Origin: Podarcis gaigeae
Lineage: Eukaryota
DNA: 64,000 nucleotides
Direction: 5' to 3' (one strand)
NCBI GenBank assembly: GCA_964106915.2
Contig: OZ066914.1
Shown here in pieces: positions 48,795-61,379 of this stretch. Made by a program: the position numbers and the translations under genes. The notes beneath the pieces were generated by a model. It was not told where the DNA came from. It worked only from the letters and a program-made list of their open reading frames with translations, and did no database searches. How positions within the stretch are numbered: the stretch's first letter is position 1; every line of letters starts with the position of its first letter.

Positions 48795-51783
48795 ATGTTG
48801 ATCCTATCCTGTGCGTCCAAGTTGCAATTGCTGGAGACGCTGCTGAAGAGAAACCTCCCTCAGACAGTTGCGGTAATCTTGAGCTTTGTAATCTGGTTTA
48901 AGAGCTAGGAATGGGGGCAGGTTCCTGGCAACATCTCTTGATCTTTCCAAAACTCCACATTTTGAAGCTGAGAACATTGTTACATGTTACATTTTTAGGT
49001 GCATGCCTTAAGTTTTTATGTTCAACAAGCAGGTGCTTGAAAATGTGTGTATCATGTTGATATGCTCAGCAGAGAGCTAGGATTCATGAGAAATACGTGT
49101 AATATGAGACACGGCCTTGTGGGCTCCTAGATTTTGTTAATCAGCTGATAAACAGGAAGTCCTCAGTCAAGGTAATACCATTCAAGGGCTAGTCGCTAAC
49201 AGTGGGGATCCATGCAGCAGATCAAAATCTGAATTAGGGGCCACACCACCGATTCTCTCCTCAAAAGTTTTTCTTAGGCTGCTTCTTTCAGCTGCAACAC
49301 CAAGGGAAATCGACAGATTCTCCTGTCCCTTGTGCTCACTCGGATCAGGACACCCCACTCAAGGCATGCAGCAGACACAAGCCTGACACACCAGACCGCA
49401 CACATTTCTCCCAGGCTGTCTCCTTCAACTGCAGCACCAACTCTGACACCCTATGACTTTTGACAGGTCTATGGTGCAGTCGTGAATATAAACCGTGGGA
49501 ACCCAGTGGGCCATGAGGTGATTGTGGATTCTTGGCCGGATTGCAAAGCGGTCCTGACTCGTCCACGGACAGAGGTAGTAGCCTTTGGGGATTTTGTGGG
49601 AGGTGCTTTGTGGGATGTCAGCAGGAAATGCTGCGTGTTCTGTTTAGGAGGCAGACCAGGGCGCCGGCCTCTAAGGGCCGCCCCAGCAAGTGGGGGAGCT
49701 GCGTGGTTTTGCTGGCGGCCTCCCCTTTCCCTGCATGCCTGCCAGCTGTGCCCGCAGAGGCTTGGGATGGAAGCTGTGCCCCGCCAACTATATGGCTGGC
49801 GGGTGCGCAGCCTCTGTGGGGATTGCTCTCCTGCTGCAGCTTGTGGGAGAGTTAGCCCCCCCCCCACTATCCGTGGTAATTTGGGGGCACGGGGAGGATA
49901 TTTGAACCCTGGCACTGCATCTGCTAAAGACGACCCTGTTAGGACGGCACCTTTGGCATTAGAGCAGGTCAAACTTCACCCGTCACTTCATCTCAACATC
50001 AGGAAAAACTTTACCTGTTAAAGTGTCAGGAAGCATAGGAATTTTACCAGAATAAAGTTGGCAGCCTGAGAAGAACTGGTTAGAGATGGGCATGGCAGGG
50101 AGGCTATCCTAATGAGTTCCATTTCTCTCTCTTTTAGGCCGATACAGACAATACAGATTTGTATAAAAACATATATGCAGCCTTTTACTGGGATCTTGAT
50201 GTGTACCGGAGACTGTTGCTGGACACAGATGCTGTCAACTGGAAGCAAACCTTTCGTCTCTTTGGTAGAAGGCAGTTCTTTCGAAGGGAAAAGTTATGAT
50301 ATGAGAGAGTCCCCCCCCCCCTTTTTTAAATGACATTACTGTAATTAATGTAAACTGTGGTGGCTGGTTCTCATTGGAACTGGTAGCACAGAAGGCAGGG
50401 AGACCAACATAGGTGGATCCAGAACCCATAATAGGCAGCATTTGCTTTCTACGAGAGGCAAAACTGAGACTGAGGAGGAGGAAGCTGATAGAAGTGCCCC
50501 CCCCCACACACAGATTGGATAAAAATAAAAAGCAGGTGGTAGGAGCTAGCTGTGGGCAGATAGCGATTGAAGAAGCAGGCCCCATTCACCCTGAAAGACC
50601 AGCCTCCACTGAATATAAAGTGCCGGACCAGCACAGCCATCAGGCGGAGTGAGGCAGTGGATGCCCGAAGGTGGTACCCTCGCTTGCCCCAATAATAATA
50701 GTAATAATAATTATATGAATGCTTTTAAAATGTCAATATAGATGGGTAGGGGGCTTTAACAATTTGCCCCCTACTGTGGTCCTGATGCACTGAACAACTT
50801 CTTGCCCTGTCCTCAAAACACGCACACAAATATCCTTCTCTTCATTGTTGAATATTTTACTATTCTACAGGGAACCAGAATGGGATCTATGACGTCTCTA
50901 AAGATGCTGCTGCCACCAAGAAAATTCATCTGACTGCAACTCCCCACTTCACCTACCTGAACCCTAACCCAGATAAAATGCCTCAGCGCCAGTAAGTGTC
51001 CACCTTGCTCCCCCCTTTCTTCCTTTCTGCTTGAGGCACTGGTTAACCTGTGGTGCTTCCAGTTGGAGAATCTCCATAGCCAAAATACTATGGTCAAACC
51101 TTGCATTCACTCTTTCCAAGTCTGCCTTCTCCTGGTTGGCACAGCAAAGCACCAAAGGTGGCACTACAAGTTTCCTAAAGATGTTTTGTCTATTAATGGC
51201 TATGTTGACACCATAAAGCAGCCCATATGTGCAAAAGCAAACTGGTTTCCTGCTTGCGACTTATTCAGGTTGCTGGCCAGTGTTAACATGTGTTGGACTA
51301 GATGATCTGAGCCAAAAAGGTGGTTCCTGGGTTCTTCCAACATCTCTGTCTATATTGTTCTTGTCTGTCTTTTCTTCTAGACTAGATCCTGCCTTCACAA
51401 TTTCCACCTTGAAAAGCTCCCATGTTGACATCCTAAATGAAACATGGCACCATGGGGGCAATGAACAAAGCCGACAGTACCTGGACAACATAGTGAAATG
51501 CTTCCCCAATATCTGCATCCTGGACAGCAATGGTCATCCTATCAGCTGGGGCATGACAGATCCTCTTGGTGCACAAATACATGGCTACACCCTTCCATCC
51601 CACCGCCGAAGGGGCTACTTAGCTATAGTGTTGAGGGCACTGTCCATGAAAAGCCATGTGGCAGGGTGCCCTGTATATGGCCATGCTGCCTTGAATAATG
51701 TCCAAATGCAGAGGTTGCTGGAATATATGGGCTTCCAGAGATTATCTGAATTGTGTCATCTCTGCATACATTCTTCAGTTTAG
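48795..51783 (+). CDS. Glycine N-acyltransferase-like protein (GLYATL3-like), gene A, 278 aa
   Basis: join(48795..48872,49467..49574,50138..50264,50871..50991,51381..51783) = 837 nt, intact. Motifs: [27 protein letters not shown]...[50 protein letters not shown] (GNAT acyl-CoA motif). Confidence 0.9.
49652..49938. mobile_element. hAT-type non-autonomous element in gene A intron 2
   Basis: CAG...CTG ends; 8-bp TSD TTAGGAGG/TTAGGACG (49644-49651, 49939-49946); empty site TTAGGAGGGCACC in the duplicate at ~63637. Confidence 0.75.
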
Positions 51784-52190
51784 TAAAGGGAGGAGGAGAG
51801 AGTCCCAAAGTATCTCCTCTCTTTGACTTCAGTAGCTCTCTGAATGAAAGAGAATCAAACCCATCACTACACCAATCCCAGAGTTTGCTGTCCCTCTCTT
51901 ATACATATTGGTTTTAAAAAATATTTCACATAAGGTACCTTAAGCCATATATCAATAATGGTCAACCAGCCAAGCAATGGTCTAATGATGTAATAGTGAA
52001 ATATTGGTATTTCCAATACATTTGGGGGGGGGGTGTTGGTTGGTTTGTGTGTGTTTTATTTGTTCTTGCTTTTATTATGTATTTTGTGTTTTTATGTTGT
52101 ATTTTTATGTTGTGAGCCACCATGAGATCTATGGATGAAGGGTGGGGTATACAAATTTAAGAAATAATACATAAATAAATACCATTAGGC

Positions 52191-53570
52191 CAGCAGTGTC
52201 CAAAATTTTCAAAGAGGGCCAGATTTGATTAAGTCAAGAGGCAGAAGGGCCAACCAAAGTTGTTGATGGTGGGGATGCAAGGTGGGGATGCCTGGGCCCA
52301 TAACCTCTTGAAAGATTTATTGCTTTATTACTTGGCGCCCAGCCACGCTTCTCCTGCGGGCCTCTGCCGCTTCTGTTTACGCAGTTTAGCTTTGGAGCAT
52401 CGTAAAGCGATTAGCAGAATTGCACAGCGTCTTTGTGTAGAAAGGGCAGTAAATCAGTCCAGACGTTACTTCTATCCTAGTATCTCTTAATTGGAAACAA
52501 ATAGCGTATTTACAATCCATAACAGCCATCAGACTCCAGCTGCATCGTCTCTGCGTCCTTTCTCTCTCAGTGCAGCGACTGATCAGAGTGGAAATCGAAA
52601 GCACTCTGCTCACAGCATAACAAGCTGTTTGCGTCATGTCCTGGCTTACTTCCCTTGTAAGCCCGTCCCCTCAAGCACGAGGCATAGAAGGTTAACCCTT
52701 CACTACACCCAACAGGTGGTAAGACAATTTTGGAATGAGATAAATGAGGAGATTCTCAGGAGCTCTATTTCGAAAAAAGCAGTCATACTTATTGAGTCTA
52801 TTAACAAACAACATCCCCAAGGACAAAAGGAACATATTTTTGTATATAACTGCAGATGCAAGAATACTTACGGCAAAATATAGGAAAACAGAAAAAGTAC
52901 CACAACTGACAGAATGGCAAATTAAGATTTGTGAGTTTGACGAGATGGCAAAAATGACTGCATCACTCAGGGACTGCTCCAAACAAAAACGTTATACAGA
53001 ATGGGAATGCATAGGGAAATACATGAAGAAATATGGTGTTAAAGCAGAACTTTTAATAGGCAATTGTTAAGCGTGTAAGGACAAAAGAAGTAATTATAAT
53101 TTTACAGTTTTCATGTTATTCTATCTTATTTAAGCAACTGAGGGGGGGAGGAAATCTTATGACGGGAAGAAGAGGGGGGGAGGGGAGGGTTAGATTGAAT
53201 TCAGGAAGCAAAATAATATACGGGACAGCAAAGGATATAATAGATTCTTATAGAATAGTAATATATGGTAACCAGAATAGAAATTTAAAAGCGGAAGTAA
53301 ATGAATTTTTAGTATTTTTATTATTGTAATAGTTATTATTATTTCTTATTGGTAGGAGGCAATGTTAATTTAGGCTTCTTTGTTTTGCTGTCTGTATAAT
53401 TTTCTTAAGACAATAAAAAAAAGATATGCAAAGTTGTTGACCTTTTTTTTAGGATTGAAGCTGCTGAGCTTTTTTGAGGATTTTACCCCAGGAAATAAAC
53501 TGCCATAGGGGCAGGATTAAACCGACCGGTAGGCCGGATTAGACCCCGAAGCAGACTTTGGATATGCCTG
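52191..53570. mobile_element. hAT-type non-autonomous element interrupted by an L1 insertion
   Basis: Perfect 8-bp TSD CATTAGGC (52183-52190, 53571-53578); imperfect TIRs CAGCAGTGTCCAAA / TTTGGATATGCCTG. Confidence 0.8.
52267..53428 (+). mobile_element. 5'-truncated L1/Tx1-type LINE nested in the hAT element
   Basis: 12-bp TSD CAAAGTTGTTGA (52255-52266, 53429-53440); ORF2 C-terminus-like peptide LYITADARILTAKYRKTEKVPQLTEWQIKICEFDEMAKMT; AATAAA plus A-tail at ~53412. Confidence 0.75.
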
Positions 53571-53919
53571 CATTAGGCCAACCAAAATATCACAATATAT
53601 TGCGCATGTTTTTGAGTTCTCCCAAAAGTCACAGGTTGGCAATGGTGGCCACTCTTTTTTGGGACCATGGGCATATTTGCAAACCTGATAAAATGTCATT
53701 GACAACTGCTCACATTTGCCCTGCAGCCACACACTCATCCTAAACCCTACCCACCCGCAGTCCCACCAGCAATTAAACTTGAAAAAGGCATTTTCTGTTT
53801 TTAAAAATGTAACACCAGGGGTGATCTTTTTGGAGAGCGCACCAGCGGAAGAGTTAACCTTTCATCTTCCTGCAATTTCCAGGAAGATCATCCCACAACA
53901 ATTACATTGGAGCCAGTAG

Positions 53920-54075
53920 CAGTGGCGTAGCGTGGGTTGTCAGCACCCGGGGCAAGGCAAGTAATTTGCGCCCCCTCTGCCCTAGGGTCTGAGAGCTGCG
54001 AGTGAGAGCGCGCCCCCCCCAGATGTTGCGGCCGGTGCAGCCGCCCCCCCCTGCACCCCCCACACTACGCCACTG
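53920..54075. mobile_element. hAT MITE
   Basis: TIRs CAGTGGCGTAG / CTACGCCACTG; perfect 8-bp TSD GCCAGTAG (53912-53919, 54076-54083). Confidence 0.85.
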
Positions 54076-54411
54076 GCCAGTAGTATGCTTTGTTTCCAAA
54101 TCTATTTGGAACAGAAGAGGGGCAATTTTGGAAATCGCATCTGGAGAGGGAAGAGTTAACCCTTTCTTCCTCAGCTATGCCCCCCATCACCTTTTCCCAT
54201 ACCAGGTCAGCTTAATCACCTTCTACTATGGAAGGCTTTCTCATCTCTAAAAGGAAAGGACTGGTTGTTACTCAGGTCTGCTTCCATCCTAAGGTGAACA
54301 TTAAATCATAGTTGAGTTTTAACTGTGGTTTAAAGTTACCGGTATGTATGAACCAGCTCACTGTGTACTCTGGATCGACTTATCAAAATTTGGCACCAAG
54401 ACAGAAGATAT

Positions 54412-54640
54412 ATACAGTGGTACCTCTGGTTACATACGCTTCAGGTTACATACCCTTCAGGTTACACACTCCGCTAAACCAGAAATAGTGCTTCAGGTTA
54501 AGAGAAACAGAAATCGGGCTCCAGCAGCACAGCGGCAGCAGGAGGCCCCATTAGCTAAAGTGGTGCTTCAGGTTAAGAAATTTCAGGTTAAGAACGGACC
54601 TCCATAACAAATTGAGAACTTAACCTGAGGTACCACTGTA
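54412..54640. mobile_element. Tc1/mariner-type MITE
   Basis: TA-CAGTGGTACCTC...GAGGTACCACTG-TA termini. Confidence 0.8.
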
Positions 54641-55739
54641 TATATACCCCTGGTGTATAACTTGGAGTGCATTTTCTTGGATTCTTACTGAAACAGATTG
54701 AAAGGGAGCTTTTACCTCACTGGGGATGTTGGGCATCCTGACTTTTGCATGTTGTCAGAGCTCATCCCATTACCACATTGCAGTGAAATGAGAAAGGGAC
54801 CCTGGTCAATGAATACCTAGCTGTCCTGCTCTGAACTTGAAACAAAGGAGATCTGTGCAGGGTTGAGAAGACTTGGCCAAGTGTAAGCAGGGGCGTACCT
54901 AGGGATTGGTTAGGTTGGCCCCGCTCCTAGAGGGGCATCACACCCCTTGACTCTGGCTTGGAGGGGTGGAGCGCCCAGCAGGGCGGCTTCAGAGTTGATG
55001 ATACAGCTCCTTGCCAAGGGCGCATGGAAGCCTGGACATAAGTCATAGTATATGCCAAATCTCTCATGTTCTCTGGACTTGTGACCATCTGAGTCAAGCA
55101 AAAGCATTTTGCAGCCAAACTTCCTTCTCTGTTGAGACACTGGGAAAAAGGCCAAGGCACCAGCCTGTTAATGGCTTATTGCTTCAGGAATTTAAAAAAA
55201 TATATGCTTAAGTGGATTAATTGTCTCAGCAAGGATGGCATTCCATATCATGCCAGCAGCCCAGCAATAGGCTGCTACCTTCTTCTCAAAGGCAGACGTG
55301 TCCCTTCAGGTAAGCACTGCAGCTGTCATTGTGGACCTCTGAAGGGGACAACCTAATCCCCCTAAATAAGTGGGACTCAAATCTTCTTGCCCACCAATTC
55401 AGCTCTGCCTCAGTGCTAGAAAAATGAGGATGTGGTTTGACTAGCTGCAAAGGGGAGTTGGGACTGTCTGAATGAGGGGCAGCCAGTGTCGATCTCCTCA
55501 GCCGGAATAGGAATCAACTCCATATATCCCTGATCTACAGACATAATTAGTGAAGTAATTTGAGTACTAGAGATTTCATGAGAAATGGCAAGTCATTCTG
55601 GTTGTGGATTGTCCGGTAGCACTGAGTGTAAGGGTCCGATACATTTCTTTCTGTGTTTCTTCCCCTTCAAGTGCTTCCTTCCCCCCCACGTTATCTTTCC
55701 TGGAACCTGACGTAGCCCCCAGCCCTTCTTTGGCCAGCC

Positions 55740-56570
55740 ATGCAGATCCTGACCTGCCCCTCCAAGTTGAAGCTGCTTGAGACTGTGCTGCAACGGCACC
55801 TGCCCCAGGCTCTTCCGGTAATTCTCGCTCCTCTACTGCCGCCCCCTTTCCCCATCAATTTAACAAATGGCAATTCCTACCATTTTCTCATGCAGCAACA
55901 TGGATTTTTGCTCTAGCTAACTCCCCTCCTTTCCTTGGCAGGCCAACGGAGCTGTGATGCACATCAACCGTAGAAATCCAGCTCAGCACGAAGTGGTGGT
56001 GGACTCTTGGCCGGAGTTTAAAGTTGTCCTTACCCGCCCACGTAAGGAGGTGAGAATTCTCCCATAAAAAAAGCCCAAGAGACGGTAGCTTCTGAGGCTG
56101 GAAAGCCATTGGAGATGCACTCCGTGGTGGTGCTGGGCCTGTTCCTGCCTCCTTTGCCTTTCTTTTGCTCCTGCTCTCCGTCCTTCATAAGACCCAACCA
56201 ACCCCTGCTTCCTGCGTCCTGTCAATAGCCAAATGACTGTGCCACGTTCTGCAGGTGGTGAAAGACAAGCAGGATTGCTACTCCAACTTTCATACTGCTT
56301 TCTACTGGGATGTAGACGCCTGGCGAACACTGTTGGAAAATGCAGAAGCCATTGACTGGGGAAAGGCCTTTCAGCTTCAAGGTAATGATCCTCATGCTCT
56401 ACCTATTTCTGGAATAGCAAAGCTAGTATCCTGGTAAGGTGATGAGACATTGAGAGGTACCAAGGAAGTGGCTCTGTGTGAGATGGGAAATGCGTGGGTA
56501 GTTAGAAAATGGGTGGGCAAAGGCTGAGTTGAGAGCAGATAGTTGGAGTGATGTGAGCACATTAGCAAGC

Positions 56571-56607
<37 letters not shown>

Positions 56608-58281
56608 CAATGTTTGATTTCTGTTTGAATAGAAGGCTGTGACCATGGGGGAAGCAAGTCCCTTTTAGGGTGTTAATACTGCTCAGGTTGTGTATATGTG
56701 TAAATAAACCACATGCCACAGAGGCACCACAGTCTCTGCTGTACCTCATTTCAAAGGAAACATCAACCCTGGCTAAGTGCCTGGAATCCCTGGAATCTCG
56801 CACAGCTCAAATACTGGGCTGGCACACAACACTATAATCATACAATACCAAGAGAGGTGCAGACACAGAGCATTAGAAAATATAATTCCTCACCCCCAGG
56901 TTGACATCTCATTTTCATTGTGTGTAGGGCTCCAAGATGGCTTATATGAAACTGCCAGAGAGATTGCAGAGTCCAGACGTGTCAATCTTAAGCCATACTT
57001 CTACCGGGCATTCCTGCATCCTGACCCATCTGCCTACTGTCAGAGCCGGTTAGTGAGTGCATATTATTTGTGGACTGAAAATAACAACAGCAAATATTCA
57101 GTATTCATTGGACTGTTTTCTGTTCTGGAAAAGGGCTGACTAGGTGAACACCAGCAATTTCTGCTTCTATTTTCATCAGAATTCTCAAACATTCCTCCTC
57201 ATAATCAGTAAGCAGTGAATTGTAACCCAACACAAAGTTCCACATCTGATTGCTATGTCCTGGCTTAGTTCTGTCCACAAAACAGGAGGAGAAAGTCACA
57301 GAGTCACTTCCTAAGCTTTCTCTTGCAACTTCCTGATCCTTTGTTCCAGTTGATGGTGATGAAATACTTTTTAAGCCTACGGGATGCTTTCAGTCTGCTC
57401 AACCGCCATCACTGCCGCGCAGCAGTAAATTAATCATAGCAAAGTCTTCTTTATAAACAGAATAAAACTTTACTGAAGAAAAAAAACTTATTCAGAAACC
57501 GCATAGTTAAAGAGCATACACAGAGTACTCATAGCAGCTATCTGACTCTTCACAGAGGTCCTGGAGCCACTCTGTCTGCCTTAGCTTTACATGGCAACAA
57601 CAACAGCACTGTTCCACAGACTACTCCATACAAAATCCATACAGCTCTCTGAGTGAGGCCCATAGAGAGGCTGGCTACTTTTACAGAGAGAATGAGTTTT
57701 CACCCAAGATGAGTCACGAGTCACAGTGACTTAGCAGTTTGCTGTTAACAGTTAGCAGCCTTAGGCTTGAATGATTGTGTAGGCCTTGTAGGCCTTACTG
57801 CTTCTTCTGCTCTCAAGAACCTTTCTCTCATGACAATCACTGCCTCTCTTTGTATTTCAGGTACAGAAGTGGCCTCTTCCATTTCGGCAGCCTAAACTCC
57901 TCCCATTCAGCTCTGCTCAATGAAAACTGGAGTGTTGGGCGCAATGATTGGAGCCTGCGCTATCTGGACAGCCTGATCCACAACTTCCCTAGTGCTTGCC
58001 TCCTGGACAAAGAAGACCAGCTGGTTTCCTGGTGCCTTAGTGATCCAATGGGAAGTTTGGCGCATGGCTACACCCTCCCTCAGTACCGAGGTCAAGGCTG
58101 TGTGGCAGCTGTGACAAGGGCAACAGCTGTGAAGTTGCACGCATGTGGGTTCCCCCTGTTTGGTGGGGTTTTGGCAGACAACCAGCCTAGCAGACAGACG
58201 TTGAAGCGGCAAGGATTCCACATCTTGCCCTTGGCGAAGTATGCGCTTTTCTTTACACCAAGCCTCCAGCCCACAAGATAG
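55740..58281 (+). CDS. Glycine N-acyltransferase-like protein (GLYATL3-like), gene B, 284 aa
   Basis: join(55740..55817,55942..56049,56255..56381,56928..57048,57861..58281) = 855 nt, intact; first four exon sizes (78/108/127/121) are identical to gene A. Motifs: [49 protein letters not shown]. Confidence 0.9.
56573..56605. repeat. (GA)n microsatellite
   Basis: Pure GA dinucleotide run in gene B intron 3. Confidence 0.9.
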
Positions 58282-60520
58282 CACACTGCAACCTTTCACT
58301 CCCAGAACTGTGCACTTCAGGGTTAGTTAACATCATGGCCAGATTTAATAGCCTGCTCTGGAAATATTAAAAAATTAAATTGAAATATATAGCAAAGCAG
58401 CTATTGCGGCTACTTTTCATATCCAATAAGAATTAAGGTTAAAGTTAGTCCTGATGGATATTCAGTTAGTCTAAAACACATTTTCCCTTCTGTCTCTTTT
58501 AAGTCAATCATAAGACTCTTTTTTCAGTCTCTTTGAGACAACACTTTGGACACAAATATATCTTGTTTGGATGCCATCACGATCTAAGCATACCTACAGA
58601 GGCACCTGTAGGCAGGGCTCGTCATATTTATCTCTCCCACACGGTGCCCAGTTTCATCAAACACATACAATGCATTTGAGACAGACATATATCAGTGACG
58701 CAAATGCTGGTTGAGTTGCCTGTCGCCCCCTGCCCAATACTGCAGATATTATTATTTACTAAAGCATCACATCCATTTAATCATTCATTCACTTGCCTCA
58801 CGTAAAGAGGGTAAATACCTTGTAAAGCATTGTAACATTACTAGGGATCTTTCATTCGGAGAATCAGCCGATTATTCTGTATCATCTGAATTACATCCCA
58901 CTGGGCCTGCGGCTGCAACCCAAGAAATAATTCTGTGGAGTGAATGAACCATTTAGTATAACATATACATAACACTACCATCACTCGTGCCCCAAAGCAA
59001 AGCCCCCCTTAGACAGACCAAGCTGGAGAAGAGACACACAGTAGCTGGGTGTTCAGCTTTGGTTTCTCATTCCTAATCTGCTTTTACCAACAGGAAGACC
59101 ACAACAGAGTAGCTGAAAGCATGGTGGAGCATCAGTAGCTCTTATAAGACCATGTTTTTGGTCTATCATGAGCACTGAGCACTCCTATAAGCTCAGGAGC
59201 TGTGCCTTCTTGCACCTGTGTTGAAAATAAATCCCTAATTTCAGGCTGTGTACACACACCAACATTTAAAGCCTATTCACACATACCAATAATCCTGGGA
59301 ACTTTAGTTTACCCATTGCAAATTTTGCTCAATATATTGTTGTGCATGGCATACAACTTTTGAGCAGAATAATAAAATACAAAGTTGATTGGAAAACAGA
59401 AGAATGCATAGCTTTGCAAACTGCTGTGCCTAAACAACAGTTTAAATTGCCAAATATGTTTTGTCCGGTTCTTCATCAGTGGCAAATACTGATAAATTAA
59501 TGCAGAATACACAGTGAACTGGTTCACACATAACTTTAAACCATAGTTATGGTTCCTAAGACTGGAAGCAGACCTGAGTAACAGCTTTCAGAGATAAGGA
59601 AGCTTCTCTTGGCTTCTTTCAAAATCAACTGCATTAAGAGAAGGATGAGTTCAGGAGTCACAACTGGGAAGCGTTAACCCCCCCCCCCCCCACACACACA
59701 CATGTTAGCTGCAACCTACTGAAAATTTCCTCCAGGCTGCTAGGCTTCAAAAAAGTGTCTATTGGTTGCAGTAGAAGGTGTGAGGATTTTACAATCCTGT
59801 GCCAGGGTTTGGAATTTGTGTTTCAAACCTGAGTGCAGGTTGTGGGTCAAATTTGTTAGTCACTTTATCTTACATAGGGCAACCCAAAGCAACTTACAAA
59901 GAAAAGAACAAGAGTGAGAACTGGTGCTTTAATGAAAAATTATACTGCATATTTTTTCCATTCTCCATTAGTGATAAAACAAATTGCAGAGAAATCCTCA
60001 TGGCTTGGATGCATTGTTTTTCTCTCTAATTGTTTTTCCCATTTAGTTTACTCTCTGTAGACCTTTCCTAATAAATATAAGAATTCTCTCATTATTCACC
60101 TTTACCACATTTTACAATTTATCCTTCAGAAATTGGAAGGTCAATAAAGATATCTAGTTTAATTATGCTTCACATAGAAACTAGAACATAAGAGCCTGCT
60201 GGATTGGGTCAATCAAGTCCAGCATCCTGTTCTCATCATGGCCAATCAGATTATTTATATACATTTACCAAACAAAATATCTAAGATAATTCATTCTATG
60301 TCAATATGTAAGTTCAAGTCCATTCAATTTATCCAAATATATTTCCTCACAAAATATCTGAGATACATCCTACAGACATAAGAATGAATTATTTCTCCAA
60401 GACAAAAAGGCAGCCCAAGATTGCAATTTGCTGGTCATTTCGCAATTGTTGGGTGTAGCACCAATATTCTTCAAACCTGGTACAAGTACAGTTTTTCCCC
60501 CCTGGCTAGCCCAAAGTTGA

Positions 60521-61379
60521 TTTGCGTGGACAGGTGGAGTCCCCAGATCCCGTGCGGTCCCCCCGTCATGTGGAATAACGACTCAAGACAACGTTCTATG
60601 GGATTAAATTGGCCACAACTTTATAAATTTCAAATGTGGGTAGACCTTGGCTCAGGCATTGGGCGTTCTCCCTCCCCAGTCCCCAGCCGGGGACCTAGGG
60701 AGCATCAGGGTTATCCAGTGTGGGGGGGGGATGGGCTGGCTCTGGAGAACATATGTTCAAGCAGAGATAGCCGCCCCCGTAACACCGTCGCCACAGGGGA
60801 GAGCAATGACAACCTTTCGGCGTACGGTCAAAGCCTCCCTTCAGAAAACCCCTTTAATGGGGAACCCTGGTATCGCCGCCGCAAAGAGGAAGATGGACAA
60901 AAGGATTCCGCCCAAGGCCTGATACCGCCAAAGTTGTGACGTTTTGCTACGGGAAAGGCGAAACCTGCCAATGCAGGGAAATTGCTTTCCGGCCCTTTAA
61001 CAGCGACCTTAACGTAGCAGCGCCCGCATACCTGTGAAGAAAAGTTAACCTGCAAAACCTGTGAGGAAAAATTAACCTGCAAAATAAGACATTAACTGAG
61101 GGTGGGTAGGGTGGGAGAAGCTCTGGAGCCAAGTGAGAATTCCCAGGTAAGATCCTCCCTCTATTGTGTGGGCAAGTAATCCCTCCCCTACCTGGCCTGG
61201 TCTCCTTGGCAACGCTTCCCCCAGGTGGGATTGGACAACTGACTGAGGTAGGCGGAGACCTCCAGGTATCCCACCTGAGGGAAGGCAAAGCCAAGCCTAT
61301 GCTGTTGGAGCCGCTCCAGATCTAGGGGCTGCACGCGTCCACGCAAAGGGCGCCCCCTGTTTTAAGCGGGGAGCGGTCA
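60521..61379. mobile_element. ~860 bp non-coding insertion with asymmetric inverted repeats (Helentron/Helitron2-like or DIRS/Ngaro-derived)
   Basis: Absent from the paralogous site at ~47450 (GATTTATTTAAAA). 37-nt imperfect inverted repeats at 60521-60557 and 61311-61347, GC-rich hairpin at 61351-61375, inserted in a T run with no 4-6 bp TSD. Confidence 0.75.

Larger units (their letters stand above)
45147..49640 (+). repeat. Segmental duplication, copy 1 (gene-B 3' flank + upstream region + gene A exons 1-2)
   Basis: Co-linear, near-identical to ~58343-63580. Identical spurious ORFs at 45515 and 58711; near-identical ones at 48629/62570 and 49345/63286. Confidence 0.92.

Noticed and set aside
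60523-61379. Solo ERV LTR interpretation of the TG...CA-bounded insertion
   Set aside because: The paralogous empty site shows no 4-6 bp target duplication; kept only as a fallback hypothesis.
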